Part shown: one piece after another, positions 45,104 to 54,826 of the stretch | Layout: every line of letters starts with the position of its first letter | Position numbering within the stretch: the first letter of the stretch is position 1 | NCBI GenBank assembly: GCA_016125275.1 | Contig: WGMB01000002.1 | Location: forward strand, 150,490-214,489 | Origin: Acidobacteriota bacterium | Lineage (GTDB): Bacteria > Acidobacteriota > Terriglobia > Bryobacterales > UBA6623 | DNA: 64,000 nucleotides | Reading direction: 5' to 3' | The notes under the pieces: generated by a model | The model's input: the letters and a program-made list of their open reading frames with translations, nothing else | What the model was told of the DNA's origin: nothing | Database searches by the model: none | Translations under genes and position numbers: made by a program

Positions 45104-46441
45104 ATGTCGGAACGCCGCACATTCTACGTCCAAAATTTTGGCTGTCGCGCGACGCAGGCGGACGGAGCGGCCATCACCGCCGACTTGTCCGCCCGAGGGC
45201 TCCAACGCGACGCGGACTGGAGCGCCGCCGACGTGGTGGTGGTCAACACCTGCACGGTCACCGCCGAAGCCGACAGCGACGCCCGCCAGACGATCCGCCG
45301 CATCCATCGCGAAAACCCCTCGGCCGAAATCCTCGTCACCGGCTGCTACGCCCAGCGCCGTCCCGAAGAGCTCAGCCGCCTGCCCGGCGTCCGCTGGGTG
45401 GTCGGCAATTCGCACAAGCCCCAGATCGGCGAGGTCGTCGCGCCCCAGCGCCTGGTCTCGCTACACCCTTCCCACGAAGCCTTTCATGGCGGCGTGGCCG
45501 CCGGCGGGCTGCTGGTGGGCGACATCTCGCAGCAGCGCCAACTGCTCACCGCCCCCTTCCTCGAGAGCGGCCAGGACCGTTCGCGCCCGAATCTGAAGGT
45601 GCAGGACGGCTGCAACAACCGCTGCACGTTTTGCATCATCCCGTCGGTCCGCGGACTGAGCCGCAGCGCCCCGCCGGAGCTGGCGGTGGCGGAGATGCGC
45701 AAGCTGGCCCGAACCTTTCCCGAGGTGGTGCTCACCGGCATCAACTTGGGCCGCTGGGGCCGGGATCTGCCCGGCCGGCCGCGCTTCCACACGCTGCTGG
45801 AGCGGCTGTTGGCCGAAACGCCCATCCGCAAAATCCGCGTCAGCTCGGTCGAGCCGATGGACTGGACCCAGGACCTGCTCGAGCTGCTGGCCGCCGAGCC
45901 GCGCCTCGCCAAGCACGTCCATATCCCGTTGCAATCGGGCTGCGACACGGTGTTGCAGCGGATGCGCCGGCGCTACCGCATCCGGCACTACGCCGACCGC
46001 ATCGAGCGCGCCCGTGCGCTGATGCCAGAAGCCTCCATCGGGGCCGACGTGATGGTGGGATTTCCGGGCGAGACCGACGCGGAGTTCGAGCAGAGCCGAG
46101 CCTTCATCGAGCAGGCGCCGTTCACCTACCTGCACGTGTTCACCTACTCGGCGCGCGAGGGAACTCCGGCCGCCGCGGCCCCCGGCCAGGTCTCGAAGCC
46201 TGTCAAGAAGGAGCGCAACCGCGCCTTGCGCGAGCTCATCGACCGCAAGCGCCGCGCCTTTCGGCGTTCACTGGCGGGGCGCGAGGTCGACGCCGTCACC
46301 CTCGCCCGCCCCGTCGAGGGCGGCGGCGCTGCGCTCACGGACAACTATCTGGAAGTGACCATTCCGGGCGAGCCGCTGCGCCCGGCGCAACTGGTCCGGG
46401 TGCGCCTGGAACCCGACGCCGCCACCGCCCGCCTGGTCTGA
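45104..46441 (+). CDS. mtaB: Radical-SAM methylthiotransferase, MtaB-like (MiaB/RimO family)
   Basis: FYVQNFGCRATQADGAAI...VVVVNTCTVTAEAD (UPF0004 domain), VQDGCNNRCTFCIIP (CxxxCxxC), TRAM-like C-terminus. Confidence 0.8.
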   Translation: MSERRTFYVQNFGCRATQADGAAITADLSARGLQRDADWSAADVVVVNTCTVTAEADSDARQTIRRIHRENPSAEILVTGCYAQRRPEELSRLPGVRWVVGNSHKPQIGEVVAPQRLVSLHPSHEAFHGGVAAGGLLVGDISQQRQLLTAPFLESGQDRSRPNLKVQDGCNNRCTFCIIPSVRGLSRSAPPELAVAEMRKLARTFPEVVLTGINLGRWGRDLPGRPRFHTLLERLLAETPIRKIRVSSVEPMDWTQDLLELLAAEPRLAKHVHIPLQSGCDTVLQRMRRRYRIRHYADRIERARALMPEASIGADVMVGFPGETDAEFEQSRAFIEQAPFTYLHVFTYSAREGTPAAAAPGQVSKPVKKERNRALRELIDRKRRAFRRSLAGREVDAVTLARPVEGGGAALTDNYLEVTIPGEPLRPAQLVRVRLEPDAATARLV

Positions 46442-46448
46442 GCTCAGC

Positions 46449-47444
46449 TCAAGCCGCCTGCGCCGCCGCGCGCCGCCCGCGCTTGGGGATCTCCCCCGTG
46501 CGGATCAGCTCGCCCTCGTCATTGATCGTCTGGAACAGCAGCCGGTCCTCGGACAGGCTCAGATCCATGAAGTGGTACTCGTCGGCCCCGAACTCCACCG
46601 CCGGGTGATGCGAGTCGCTGCCTTTGCGCATCTTGCCGGCGCCGCCGGCCACGAAGTGATGCACGCCGTGGACGGGCTTGAGCTCCTGATAGAAGTGGTC
46701 GTGTCCGGCGAAAACCACGTCGATCGTGTCGCGAAGCTCGTTCTCGAGCACCTGTTGCAGCGGCTCGCTGGAGCCGTGCCCCTTCTCCACGCCGAAGAAG
46801 AACTTCTTCACATACGAGTGGAATGGGTGGTGCAGATACAGGAAGTTCCAGCCGTAGCGGTCGGACTCCCGCAGCCGCTCGCGCAGGCGGCCGAGCAGAC
46901 GGTCGACCTCGGCTTTCGAGCCGCCCTCGATGGCGTCGATCCAGCGGTTCGAGTTCAGGCAGAGGAAGCGCGCCAACTGCTTGCCCTCGGCGTTCTCCGG
47001 GCCGGCCGTCAGCTCGTACTCGTCGGCCCCGTCGATGAAACCGAAGGGCTCGGCAGCCAGCATCTCGCGGCCGTCTCGATTCCGGACGTCGTGGTTGCCG
47101 AGCGTGGCGTGGAACGGCACGCCCTGATCGAGCATGGGCCGGTAGACATCCACGAAGCGGGAGTCGAAATACTCGGTCTCGCCGTTCTCGTAGACATTGT
47201 CGCCCAACATCAGCACGTGCTTCCAGTCCACGCGGTCGTGCCAAGCCTTCATCTGCTCGGCGATGCGCAGTTGCGGCGCCGCGCCGGAGCCGCTGTCGCC
47301 CATCACGCAAAACCGCAGCTCGCCGGGCAGATCGGCCTGGGGGGCGCGGGCGCTCTTGGCCGCCGCAATGCCTTGTTGCAACAACAGGGGCGCGGCGGCC
47401 CCGGCCAAAGGCAGCTTGAGGATCGTGCGTCGAGAGACGTTCAT
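46449..47444 (-). CDS. Tat-signal metallophosphoesterase (purple-acid-phosphatase-like)
   Basis: ATG 47444 with GAGG 5 nt upstream (the ORF track starts at GTG 47450). MNVSRRTILKLPLAGAAAPLLL. Motifs GDSG, GDNVY, GNHD, GHDH. Confidence 0.8.
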   Translation of the reverse strand: MNVSRRTILKLPLAGAAAPLLLQQGIAAAKSARAPQADLPGELRFCVMGDSGSGAAPQLRIAEQMKAWHDRVDWKHVLMLGDNVYENGETEYFDSRFVDVYRPMLDQGVPFHATLGNHDVRNRDGREMLAAEPFGFIDGADEYELTAGPENAEGKQLARFLCLNSNRWIDAIEGGSKAEVDRLLGRLRERLRESDRYGWNFLYLHHPFHSYVKKFFFGVEKGHGSSEPLQQVLENELRDTIDVVFAGHDHFYQELKPVHGVHHFVAGGAGKMRKGSDSHHPAVEFGADEYHFMDLSLSEDRLLFQTINDEGELIRTGEIPKRGRRAAAQAA

Positions 47445-47681
47445 GTTCACCTCATTGGATGCCGCGCCCGGCTCGGCGGTTGCGGCCGACCGGCCTTCCG
47501 GGGGAGTCCGACCGACCCGATTTCCTCGATGAAGATCCGGTAAAGAATGCCCCTCTATCGCGGGAATCTCGCTCCCGAAACTGTAGGCCGAGAGCCTCCT
47601 TCACCGAGCTGTCACCGCTTAGTAACAGAGCCGATGCTAGCCCTAAGAGTATGCGCGGTTGCGCGCAAATCCGATAAACCT

Positions 47682-50600
47682 ATGTCTCGAAAACTTCTTT
47701 GGCTACCGCTGCTCGCGGTAAGTCTCGCAACGGGTCTGCATGCCCAGTTCGACAATGCAGCCGTCCTAGGAACCATCCGCGACGCCTCCGAGGCCGTCAT
47801 CCCCGGCGCTTCGATTCAGTTGACCAACGTCAACACCGGAATCGCCCAGCGCGCGACGACCGACGAAGCCGGCAACTTCCAATTCCTGAACGTTCCGATC
47901 GGATCTTATCAGGTGGAAGCCGAAAACGCAGGATTCAAGAAGGCTGTCTCCGATATCTTTACCGTCGTGGTCGGCGCCCGTCAGCGCGTCGACCTGAATC
48001 TGCAGGTGGGCGACACGACCGAGACGGTCGAAGTCACCGGCGCGGCTCCGATCATTGAGACCGACTCGAGCGACCGCTCCACGGTCATCGGCTCGAAGCA
48101 GGCCGTGGACCTGCCGCTCAACGGCCGCGCCTACGCCGACCTTACGCTGCTGGCGCCGGGCACCTCGCGCGCCCAGGTCAGCACCTCCGGCGGTCGTGAC
48201 GCCTCCTACCACGTCAACGGTCAGCGCAGCTCCTTCAACAACTTCTCGCTCGACGGCGTGGATAACAACTCCTACGGCACCTCCAACCAGGGGTTCTCCA
48301 ACCAGGTGGTGCAGCTCTCGCCCGACGCGGTCGGCGAGTTCAAGGTCGTCACCGACAGCTTCTCGGCCGAGTACGGCCGGGCCGGCGGCGCCGTCATCAA
48401 CGCCTCCTACAAGAGCGGCACCAACCAGTACCACTTCACCCTGTGGGAGTTCCTGCGCAACACCGACCTCAACGCCACGGGCTTCTTCAAGCCTTCCAAC
48501 GGCAAGCCCAACCTGGTGCAGAACCAGTTCGGCGCGGCCGGCGGCGGCGCGATCGTCAGGAACCGCGCGTTCTTCTTCGGCGACTACGAAGGCGTGCGCC
48601 GGCGGCAGAGCCAGCTCACCTTCGCCACCATCCCGAACGCGGCGATGCGCAGCGGCCAGATGAACGCCCCGATCGTCGATCCTTACACCGGCGCCTCCTA
48701 CGGCGGTGACGGCTCCAGCATCCCGCTGAGCCAGCAGACCAGCCTGGCGCGTCAGGTGCTGGCCGATCTGCCCGCCCCCAACCGCTCCGGCTCCGGCGCC
48801 TACGGCATCGGCAGCAACTACGAGTCGCTGCCCTCGGAGAAGTACGACGACAACAAGGGCAACATCAAGGTCGACTACTACGCCAACAGCAAGCTGACGT
48901 TCTTCGGCCGCTACAGCCAGCGTGAGCTCAACTGGTTCGCGCCGCCCAACATCCCCGGCCCCTCCGGCGGCAGCTCCAACGGCACGCTCTACGCCACCAA
49001 CCAGGCCTTCGTCGGCGGCACCACCTGGACCATGACGCCGACCTCCCTGCTCGAGGTGCGCGTCGGCTACACCCACTCCAGCGCCGGCAAGACCCCGGTC
49101 AACTTCGACCTGCCGCACGTGACCGACACCTACGGCATCCCGGGCGTCACCCGCGACGACCGCATCGGCGGCGGCTTGAACGCGCAGTCGGTCTCCGGCT
49201 TCTCGAGCTGGGGTCGCCAGACCTCCAACCCGCAGTTCCAGAACCCCGATGTGGTCAACCCGCGCGTGAACTACTCGCGGATCCTGTCGCGGCACACCCT
49301 CAAGCTCGGCTACGAGTACCAGTCGATCAACACCGACATCAACGACCTGGCGCCCACCTACGGCTCCAGCACCTACTCCGGCCGCTTCAGCGCCGGCGGC
49401 TCGGCGGGCGACGCCAACATCTTCAACCTGGCCGACTTCTTCGTGGGCGCCCAGTCGCAGTACCAGATGTCCACGTTCAACGTCCTCAAGTACCGCCAGC
49501 GGATGCACTTCGGCTACGTGCAGGACGACTGGAAGGCGAGCTCCAAGCTCACCCTCAACCTCGGCGTGCGTTACGAGTTCGCCACCCCGCAGTGGGAACG
49601 CGACAACCGCCTGGGCAACTTCGACCCGACGACCAACTCGCTGCTGTTCGCCAAGAACGGCAGCCTGTATGACCGCGCCCTGGTCCACCCGGACAAGAAC
49701 AACTGGGCGCCGCGCATCGGCTTCGCCTACCAGGCCATGAAGAAGACCGTGATTCGCGCCGGCTACGGCGTGAGCTACATCCACTTCAACCGCATGGGCG
49801 GCGAGAACATCCTGGGCTTCACCGGGCCGTTCACCTACGCCATCACGCGCACCCAGACCGCGCCGGGCGTCTCCAACGGCTCCCCGCTGTGCGGCTCCGG
49901 CCAGGACTTCACCACCTGCTTCACGCGGACCTTGGACGGCTACCCGGCCAACTTCCTCGACCCGTCGCAGTACTCCACCTCGCGCGCCCGCATCAACTAC
50001 TCGCCGGCGGACAACCGCACCGGCTACGTGGAGAGCTGGCACTTCACCATCCAGCGCCAGCTCGGCAAGAACCTGGCTCTGGACCTGGCCTACGTGGGCA
50101 ACCGCGGCCGCCACCAGATGATTCTCAGCGACTACAACCAGCCGTTGCCGAACCAGCCGAACGAGAACGTCAACCTCAACGCCCGCCGCCCGATCTCGGG
50201 CTTCCAGGAGATCCAGATCTCCTACGACGAGGGCCGCACCAACTACAACGCGTTCCAGTTGAAGCTCGAGAAGAAGTTCTCCGCCGGTCTCTACTTCATC
50301 AACTCCTTCACCTGGTCCAAGGCGATCGACAACGCCCCGGGCCACCTGGAGACCTACAACGGCGACAGCTCGCGCATCAACTTCTACAACGTGGCCAGCG
50401 AGGGCGGCCTGTCGAGCTACAACTCGGCGGCCAACAACGTCACCGGCCTGATCTGGGACGTTCCCTTCGGCAAGGGCCGGCAGTGGGGCAATGACGCCAA
50501 CCCGGTCGTCAACGCCGTGCTGGGCGGCTGGCGCACCACGCTGATCAACACTGCGCGTACCGGCTACCCGGTCCACATCTACTACAGCCCGTCGTCGCAG

Positions 50601-50975
50601 TTCCAGGCCTGCGGTAGCTGCCGTCAGCGCCCGAACTACCTCGGCGGCGACCTCTACGGCGATCGCCTGGACCCGAACAACTACTTCAACAAGGCGGCTC
50701 TGGCGATCCCGACCGATCCGTCGCATCCGTTCGGCAATCTGGGCCGCAACGTGGTCAATTCGAGCGGCCTGTGGCAGTCCGACATCGGCATCTACAAGGA
50801 GTTCCCGCTGCCTCGCGAAGGCGCCCGCGTGGAGTTCCGCACCGAGCTGTTCAACGCTCTCAACCGCACCAACTTCACGGCGCCGAACTCGGACGCGGCC
50901 TCGTCGAGCTTCGGTCGCATCACCAGCACGTTCCCGGCCCGCCAGATCCAGTTTGCTCTCAAGCTGTACTGGTAG
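47682..50975 (+). CDS. TonB-dependent receptor with N-terminal carboxypeptidase-regulatory-like domain (Oar-like), copy 1
   Basis: ATG 47682 gives the signal peptide MSRKLLWLPLLAVSLATGLHAQ. GNFQFLNVPIGSYQVEAENAGFK; plug region ETDSSDRSTVIGSKQAVDLPLNGR; C-terminal ...RQIQFALKLYW. Confidence 0.9.
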   Translation: MSRKLLWLPLLAVSLATGLHAQFDNAAVLGTIRDASEAVIPGASIQLTNVNTGIAQRATTDEAGNFQFLNVPIGSYQVEAENAGFKKAVSDIFTVVVGARQRVDLNLQVGDTTETVEVTGAAPIIETDSSDRSTVIGSKQAVDLPLNGRAYADLTLLAPGTSRAQVSTSGGRDASYHVNGQRSSFNNFSLDGVDNNSYGTSNQGFSNQVVQLSPDAVGEFKVVTDSFSAEYGRAGGAVINASYKSGTNQYHFTLWEFLRNTDLNATGFFKPSNGKPNLVQNQFGAAGGGAIVRNRAFFFGDYEGVRRRQSQLTFATIPNAAMRSGQMNAPIVDPYTGASYGGDGSSIPLSQQTSLARQVLADLPAPNRSGSGAYGIGSNYESLPSEKYDDNKGNIKVDYYANSKLTFFGRYSQRELNWFAPPNIPGPSGGSSNGTLYATNQAFVGGTTWTMTPTSLLEVRVGYTHSSAGKTPVNFDLPHVTDTYGIPGVTRDDRIGGGLNAQSVSGFSSWGRQTSNPQFQNPDVVNPRVNYSRILSRHTLKLGYEYQSINTDINDLAPTYGSSTYSGRFSAGGSAGDANIFNLADFFVGAQSQYQMSTFNVLKYRQRMHFGYVQDDWKASSKLTLNLGVRYEFATPQWERDNRLGNFDPTTNSLLFAKNGSLYDRALVHPDKNNWAPRIGFAYQAMKKTVIRAGYGVSYIHFNRMGGENILGFTGPFTYAITRTQTAPGVSNGSPLCGSGQDFTTCFTRTLDGYPANFLDPSQYSTSRARINYSPADNRTGYVESWHFTIQRQLGKNLALDLAYVGNRGRHQMILSDYNQPLPNQPNENVNLNARRPISGFQEIQISYDEGRTNYNAFQLKLEKKFSAGLYFINSFTWSKAIDNAPGHLETYNGDSSRINFYNVASEGGLSSYNSAANNVTGLIWDVPFGKGRQWGNDANPVVNAVLGGWRTTLINTARTGYPVHIYYSPSSQFQACGSCRQRPNYLGGDLYGDRLDPNNYFNKAALAIPTDPSHPFGNLGRNVVNSSGLWQSDIGIYKEFPLPREGARVEFRTELFNALNRTNFTAPNSDAASSSFGRITSTFPARQIQFALKLYW

Positions 50976-50998
50976 GGGCGGTTTCGGGTAACCCAACT

Positions 50999-51027
50999 GT
51001 TGCGGGGCCGGCCTTCGGCCCCGCAAC
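50999..51027 (+). terminator. GC-rich hairpin after TonB-dependent receptor copy 1
   Basis: GTTGCGGGGCCG-(5 nt)-CGGCCCCGCAAC, 24 nt after the stop. No clear U-tract. Confidence 0.45.
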
Positions 51028-51279
51028 ACACCCGAAAATCCGGGGTCCTCGGCAGAAATTTGCGCCTTTTGGAGCCGCTCCCGGCGGCCCTTTGCTGAGC
51101 CCCTATCCGGTTTACTTTTCCGTCACTTCCGCATCCCCTCCCAACCCTTCGATACCGTCTCGCAACGTTTGTGACCCAACCGTAGCCCGGGTGACCTCAG
51201 GGCTTCACGGTTTCGAGACGGAATCGTAGCACCCCCTTGTTAGTGGTGGTTGAGGCGCAAAGGGGCGCCTGAATCACCC

Positions 51280-54200
51280 ATGCAACGACACCTCCTGTGG
51301 ATCTCGCTGTGTCTGGCGGGTCTCCCGATACAGCTTGCCGCCCAGTTCGACAACGCAGCCGTCCTGGGCACTGTTCGTGACGCGAGCAAGGCCGTCATCC
51401 CCGCCGCTTCCGTCACGCTGACCAACGTCAACACGGGCATCGAGCGCAAGGCGCAGTCCAACGACGTCGGCAACTACCAGTTCCTCAACGTGCCCAACGG
51501 CCAGTATCAAGTGGCCGCCGAGGCGCCCGGCTTCAAGACCTCGGTCTCCGACGCCTTCACGGTGGAAGTCGGCGCTCGCCAGCGCGCCGATCTCGAGTTG
51601 GAGGTCGGCGCGACCTCCGAGACGGTGGAAGTCACCGGCGCCGCGCCGCTGATCGAGACCGACTCCTCCGACCGCGGCACCGTCATCGGCCAGAAGCAGG
51701 CCGTGGACCTGCCGCTCAACGGCCGCGCCTACGCCGACCTCACGCTGCTGACGCCCGGCACCACCCAGGCGATCAAGGGAACCGTTTCCGGCGGCGGCCG
51801 CGACGGCGCCTACCACGTTAACGGCCTGCGCAGCTCCTACAACAACTTCACCCTCGACGGCGTGGACAACAACCACTTCGGCACCTCCAACCAGGGCTTC
51901 TCGAGCCAGGTGGTGCAGTTGTCGCCCGACGCCGTCGGCGAGTTCAAGGTGGTCACCAACAACTATTCGGCCGAATACGGCAAGGCCGGCGGCGCCATCA
52001 TCAACGCCGCCTACCGCTCGGGCACGAACCAGTACCACCTGACGCTGTGGGAGTTCATGCGCAATACCAAGCTCAACGCCACCGGCTTCTTCAAGCCGCA
52101 GGACGGCAAGCCGAACTTCAACCAGAATCAGTTCGGCGCCTCCGGCGGCGGCCCGATCATCAAGAACAAGGCGTTCTTCTTCGCCGACTACGAAGGCCGC
52201 CGGCTGCGTTCGAGCCAGCTCACCTACGCCTCGATTCCGACGCTCGACATGCGCCAAGGCATCATCGGCGCGCCCGTCGTGGACCCCTTCACCGGGGCCG
52301 CCTACGGCGGCGACGGCGGCACGGTGCCGCAGAGCCTGCAGTTGCCCTACGCCACCAAGATGATGGCGGATCTGCCCGCCCCCAACGCGGTGGGCGTCGG
52401 CGCCGGCGGCTTCAGCAACAACTTCGAGTCGTTGCCTTCGACCAAGCAGGACGACAACAAGGGCAACATCAAGGGCGACTTCTACTTCAACGACAAGTTC
52501 TCGGTGTTCGGCCGCTACAGCCACCGCGAGCTCAACTGGTTCGCTCCACCCAGCATCCCCGGCCCCTCCGGCGGCGACTCCAACGGCAACACCTACGCCA
52601 AGAACATCGCCTTCGTCACCGGCGCGACCTGGACGGTGAGCCCCACCTCGCTGCTCGAGGTGCGCGTCGGCCTGACGCACTCCCGCGGCGGCAAGACGGC
52701 CGTCAACGCCGGCCTGCCGCACCCGTCGGAGACCTACGGCATCCCGAACCTGCCGGTGAACGACATCATCGGCGGCGGCTCGCCGTCGTTCCCCATCTCC
52801 GGCTTCACCCAGCTCGGCCGGCAGCGCTCCAACCCGCAGTTCCAGAACCCCGACGTGGTCAACCCCCGCGTCAACTACTCGAAGATCTTCTCGAACCACT
52901 CGATCAAGGTCGGCTTCGAGGGACAGTGGGTCAACACCGACATCAACGACCTCGGCCCCAACCTGGGCGGCTTCCGCTTCACCGGCCGCTTCAGCGAGGC
53001 CGGCCAGGCGCTGAACCCGTCGGGCTTCAACCGCAACATCTTCAACATCGCGGACTTCTTCGTCGGCGCCCAGTCGCAGCTCGAGCTGGCCGTGTTCGAC
53101 ATCCTCAAGTACCGCCAGCGGATGCGCTTCGGCTACGTGCAGGACGACTGGAAGGTCAACTCCAAGCTGACCCTCAACCTGGGCGTGCGCTATGAGTTCG
53201 CCACGCCGCAGTTCGAGAAGAACAACAAGATCGGCAACTTCGACCCGGCGACCAACTCGCTCGTCTTCGCCCATGACGGCTCGCTGTTCGACCGCGCCCT
53301 GGTGCGGCCGGACAAGAACAACTGGGCGCCTCGCATCGGCGCGGCCTACCAGTTGCGCAACAAGACCGTGCTGCGCGGCGCCTACGGCATCAGCTACGTG
53401 CACTTCAACCGCATGGGCGGCGAGAACATTCTGGGCTTCACCGGACCGTTCATCTTCCGCGTGAACAAGGACCAGGTTCCCGACCGCTTCGTGGGCAGCG
53501 GCGGCTACCCGACCTGCTCGGACATCACCAACTTCGTCAACTGCTTCGTGCGCACCCAGCAGGGCATTCCCAACAACTTCCTGGCGTCGGACCAGTACAA
53601 CCCGCAGATCACCCGCGTGAACATGCAGCCGTACGACAACCGGACGGCCTACGTGCAAGCCTGGCACTTCACCATCCAGCAGCAGTTGGCCAAGGACCTG
53701 GTCTTCGACCTCGGCTACGTGGGCAACTACTCCAACAAGCAGCTCATCCTGGGCGACTACAACCAGGCCGCGCCGATCACCGACGTCAACGACCGCCGCA
53801 ACATCAACGACCGGCGGCCGATCGACGGCTTCAGCCAGATCCAGATCGCCTTCTCGCAGGGCAAGACCTGGTACAACGGCCTGCAGGCCAAGCTCGAGAA
53901 GCGCTTCTCGAAGGGGCTCTACCTGCTCAACGCCTTCACCTGGTCGAAGACGCTCGACAACGCCCCCGGCCACCTGGAAGCGTTCAACGGCGACACCTCG
54001 CGCGTGAACTACTACAACCTGCCGATGGAGAAGGGCTTGTCGAGCTACAACATCCCGGTCAACAACGTCACGTCGGTGATCTGGGACATCCCGTTCGGCC
54101 ATCACCGCTCCTACGGTTCCAACGTCAACCCGGTCGTCAACGCCGTCCTGGGCGGCTGGCGCACCACGCTCATCCATACGGCTCGCTCAGGCTACCCGGT

Positions 54201-54609
54201 GAACGTGCGCTACAGCCCGACCGCGCAAGAGCAGACCTGCTCGGGCTGCAACCCCCGCCCGATGTACGTGGGCGGCCCGCTGGTCAACGACGGCAAGCCG
54301 ATCGACAACTTCTTCAACCAGGACGCGATTCGCCGACCGGAGATCAACGACCCGAACTTCCCGTTCGGCAACCTCGCGCGCAACGTGGCCCGGGGCCGCA
54401 ACTTCTGGCAGGCAAACTTCGGCCTGTTCAAGGAGTTCCCGCTGCCTCGCGAGGGCGCCCGCGTGGAGTTCCGTTCGGAGTTCTTCAACCTGTTCAACCG
54501 GACGAACTTCCAAGCTCCGGAAGGCAACCTCAACTCGGGCAACTTCGGCTACATCCGCAGCACGGAGCCGGCCCGTCAGATCCAGTTCGCGCTCAAGCTG
54601 TACTGGTAG
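51280..54609 (+). CDS. TonB-dependent receptor with N-terminal carboxypeptidase-regulatory-like domain (Oar-like), copy 2
   Basis: ATG 51280 gives MQRHLLWISLCLAGLPIQLAAQ. Collinear with copy 1 over its whole length, with many identical blocks. Confidence 0.9.
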   Translation: MQRHLLWISLCLAGLPIQLAAQFDNAAVLGTVRDASKAVIPAASVTLTNVNTGIERKAQSNDVGNYQFLNVPNGQYQVAAEAPGFKTSVSDAFTVEVGARQRADLELEVGATSETVEVTGAAPLIETDSSDRGTVIGQKQAVDLPLNGRAYADLTLLTPGTTQAIKGTVSGGGRDGAYHVNGLRSSYNNFTLDGVDNNHFGTSNQGFSSQVVQLSPDAVGEFKVVTNNYSAEYGKAGGAIINAAYRSGTNQYHLTLWEFMRNTKLNATGFFKPQDGKPNFNQNQFGASGGGPIIKNKAFFFADYEGRRLRSSQLTYASIPTLDMRQGIIGAPVVDPFTGAAYGGDGGTVPQSLQLPYATKMMADLPAPNAVGVGAGGFSNNFESLPSTKQDDNKGNIKGDFYFNDKFSVFGRYSHRELNWFAPPSIPGPSGGDSNGNTYAKNIAFVTGATWTVSPTSLLEVRVGLTHSRGGKTAVNAGLPHPSETYGIPNLPVNDIIGGGSPSFPISGFTQLGRQRSNPQFQNPDVVNPRVNYSKIFSNHSIKVGFEGQWVNTDINDLGPNLGGFRFTGRFSEAGQALNPSGFNRNIFNIADFFVGAQSQLELAVFDILKYRQRMRFGYVQDDWKVNSKLTLNLGVRYEFATPQFEKNNKIGNFDPATNSLVFAHDGSLFDRALVRPDKNNWAPRIGAAYQLRNKTVLRGAYGISYVHFNRMGGENILGFTGPFIFRVNKDQVPDRFVGSGGYPTCSDITNFVNCFVRTQQGIPNNFLASDQYNPQITRVNMQPYDNRTAYVQAWHFTIQQQLAKDLVFDLGYVGNYSNKQLILGDYNQAAPITDVNDRRNINDRRPIDGFSQIQIAFSQGKTWYNGLQAKLEKRFSKGLYLLNAFTWSKTLDNAPGHLEAFNGDTSRVNYYNLPMEKGLSSYNIPVNNVTSVIWDIPFGHHRSYGSNVNPVVNAVLGGWRTTLIHTARSGYPVNVRYSPTAQEQTCSGCNPRPMYVGGPLVNDGKPIDNFFNQDAIRRPEINDPNFPFGNLARNVARGRNFWQANFGLFKEFPLPREGARVEFRSEFFNLFNRTNFQAPEGNLNSGNFGYIRSTEPARQIQFALKLYW

Positions 54610-54636
54610 GTAGGGAGCAAGCGCTCCGGCAAACCG

Positions 54637-54662
54637 CGCCGCGGGGCTTCGGCTCCGCGGCG
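54637..54662 (+). terminator. Intrinsic-terminator-like hairpin with UUCG loop after TonB-dependent receptor copy 2
   Basis: CGCCGCGGGGC-TTCG-GCTCCGCGGCG (one G.U pair) followed by TTTGCGTTT. Confidence 0.5.
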
Positions 54663-54671
54663 TTTGCGTTT

Positions 54672-54736
54672 GAGCAGTGAGCAGTGAGCAGTGAGCAGTG
54701 AGCAGTGAGCAGTGAGCAGTGAGCAGTGAGCAGTGA
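54672..54736. repeat. Heptanucleotide tandem repeat (GAGCAGT) x 9.3; reverse complement of the 35571..35650 array
   Basis: Perfect 7-bp periodicity 54672..54734 plus GA. Begins 9 nt after the terminator hairpin. Confidence 0.95.
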
Positions 54737-54746
54737 CGGGCATACC

Positions 54747-54806
54747 ACGGTTCGCGGTCAACGGTTCACGGTCAACGGGTTCACGGTCAACGGGTTCGCG
54801 GCTCAC
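54747..54806. repeat. Imperfect 14-16-bp tandem repeat ACGG(G)TTCRCGG(T/C)TCA(C) x 4
   Basis: Units begin at 54747, 54761, 54775 and 54790. Ends 8 nt before the pepA -10-like box. Confidence 0.85.
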
Positions 54807-54814
54807 TTCCTTCG

Positions 54815-54820
54815 TACAAT
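54815..54820 (+). promoter_or_regulatory. -10-like box TACAAT, 6 nt upstream of the pepA ATG (leaderless arrangement)
   Basis: TACAAT-gggccg-ATG. No Shine-Dalgarno sequence. Confidence 0.35.
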
Positions 54821-54826
54821 GGGCCG

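Noticed and set aside
51155-51270. Possible structured 5'-UTR or riboswitch upstream of the second TonB-dependent receptor. It comprises a long-range pair CCGTCTCG (51155-51162) / CGAGACGG (51214-51221), an inner AGCCC/GGGCT stem, and an AGGCGC-aaaggg-GCGCCT hairpin 10 nt before the ATG.
   Set aside because: Short GC-rich stems are expected by chance at this base composition. I recognise no known riboswitch consensus, and there is no matching element upstream of the paralogous first receptor. I keep it only as a weak note.
54747-54806. tRNA-like T-arm strings (GGTTCGCGG / GGTTCACGG).
   Set aside because: They are units of a tandem repeat. No acceptor stem, anticodon arm or cloverleaf can be drawn. 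No other intergenic region looked tRNA-like.
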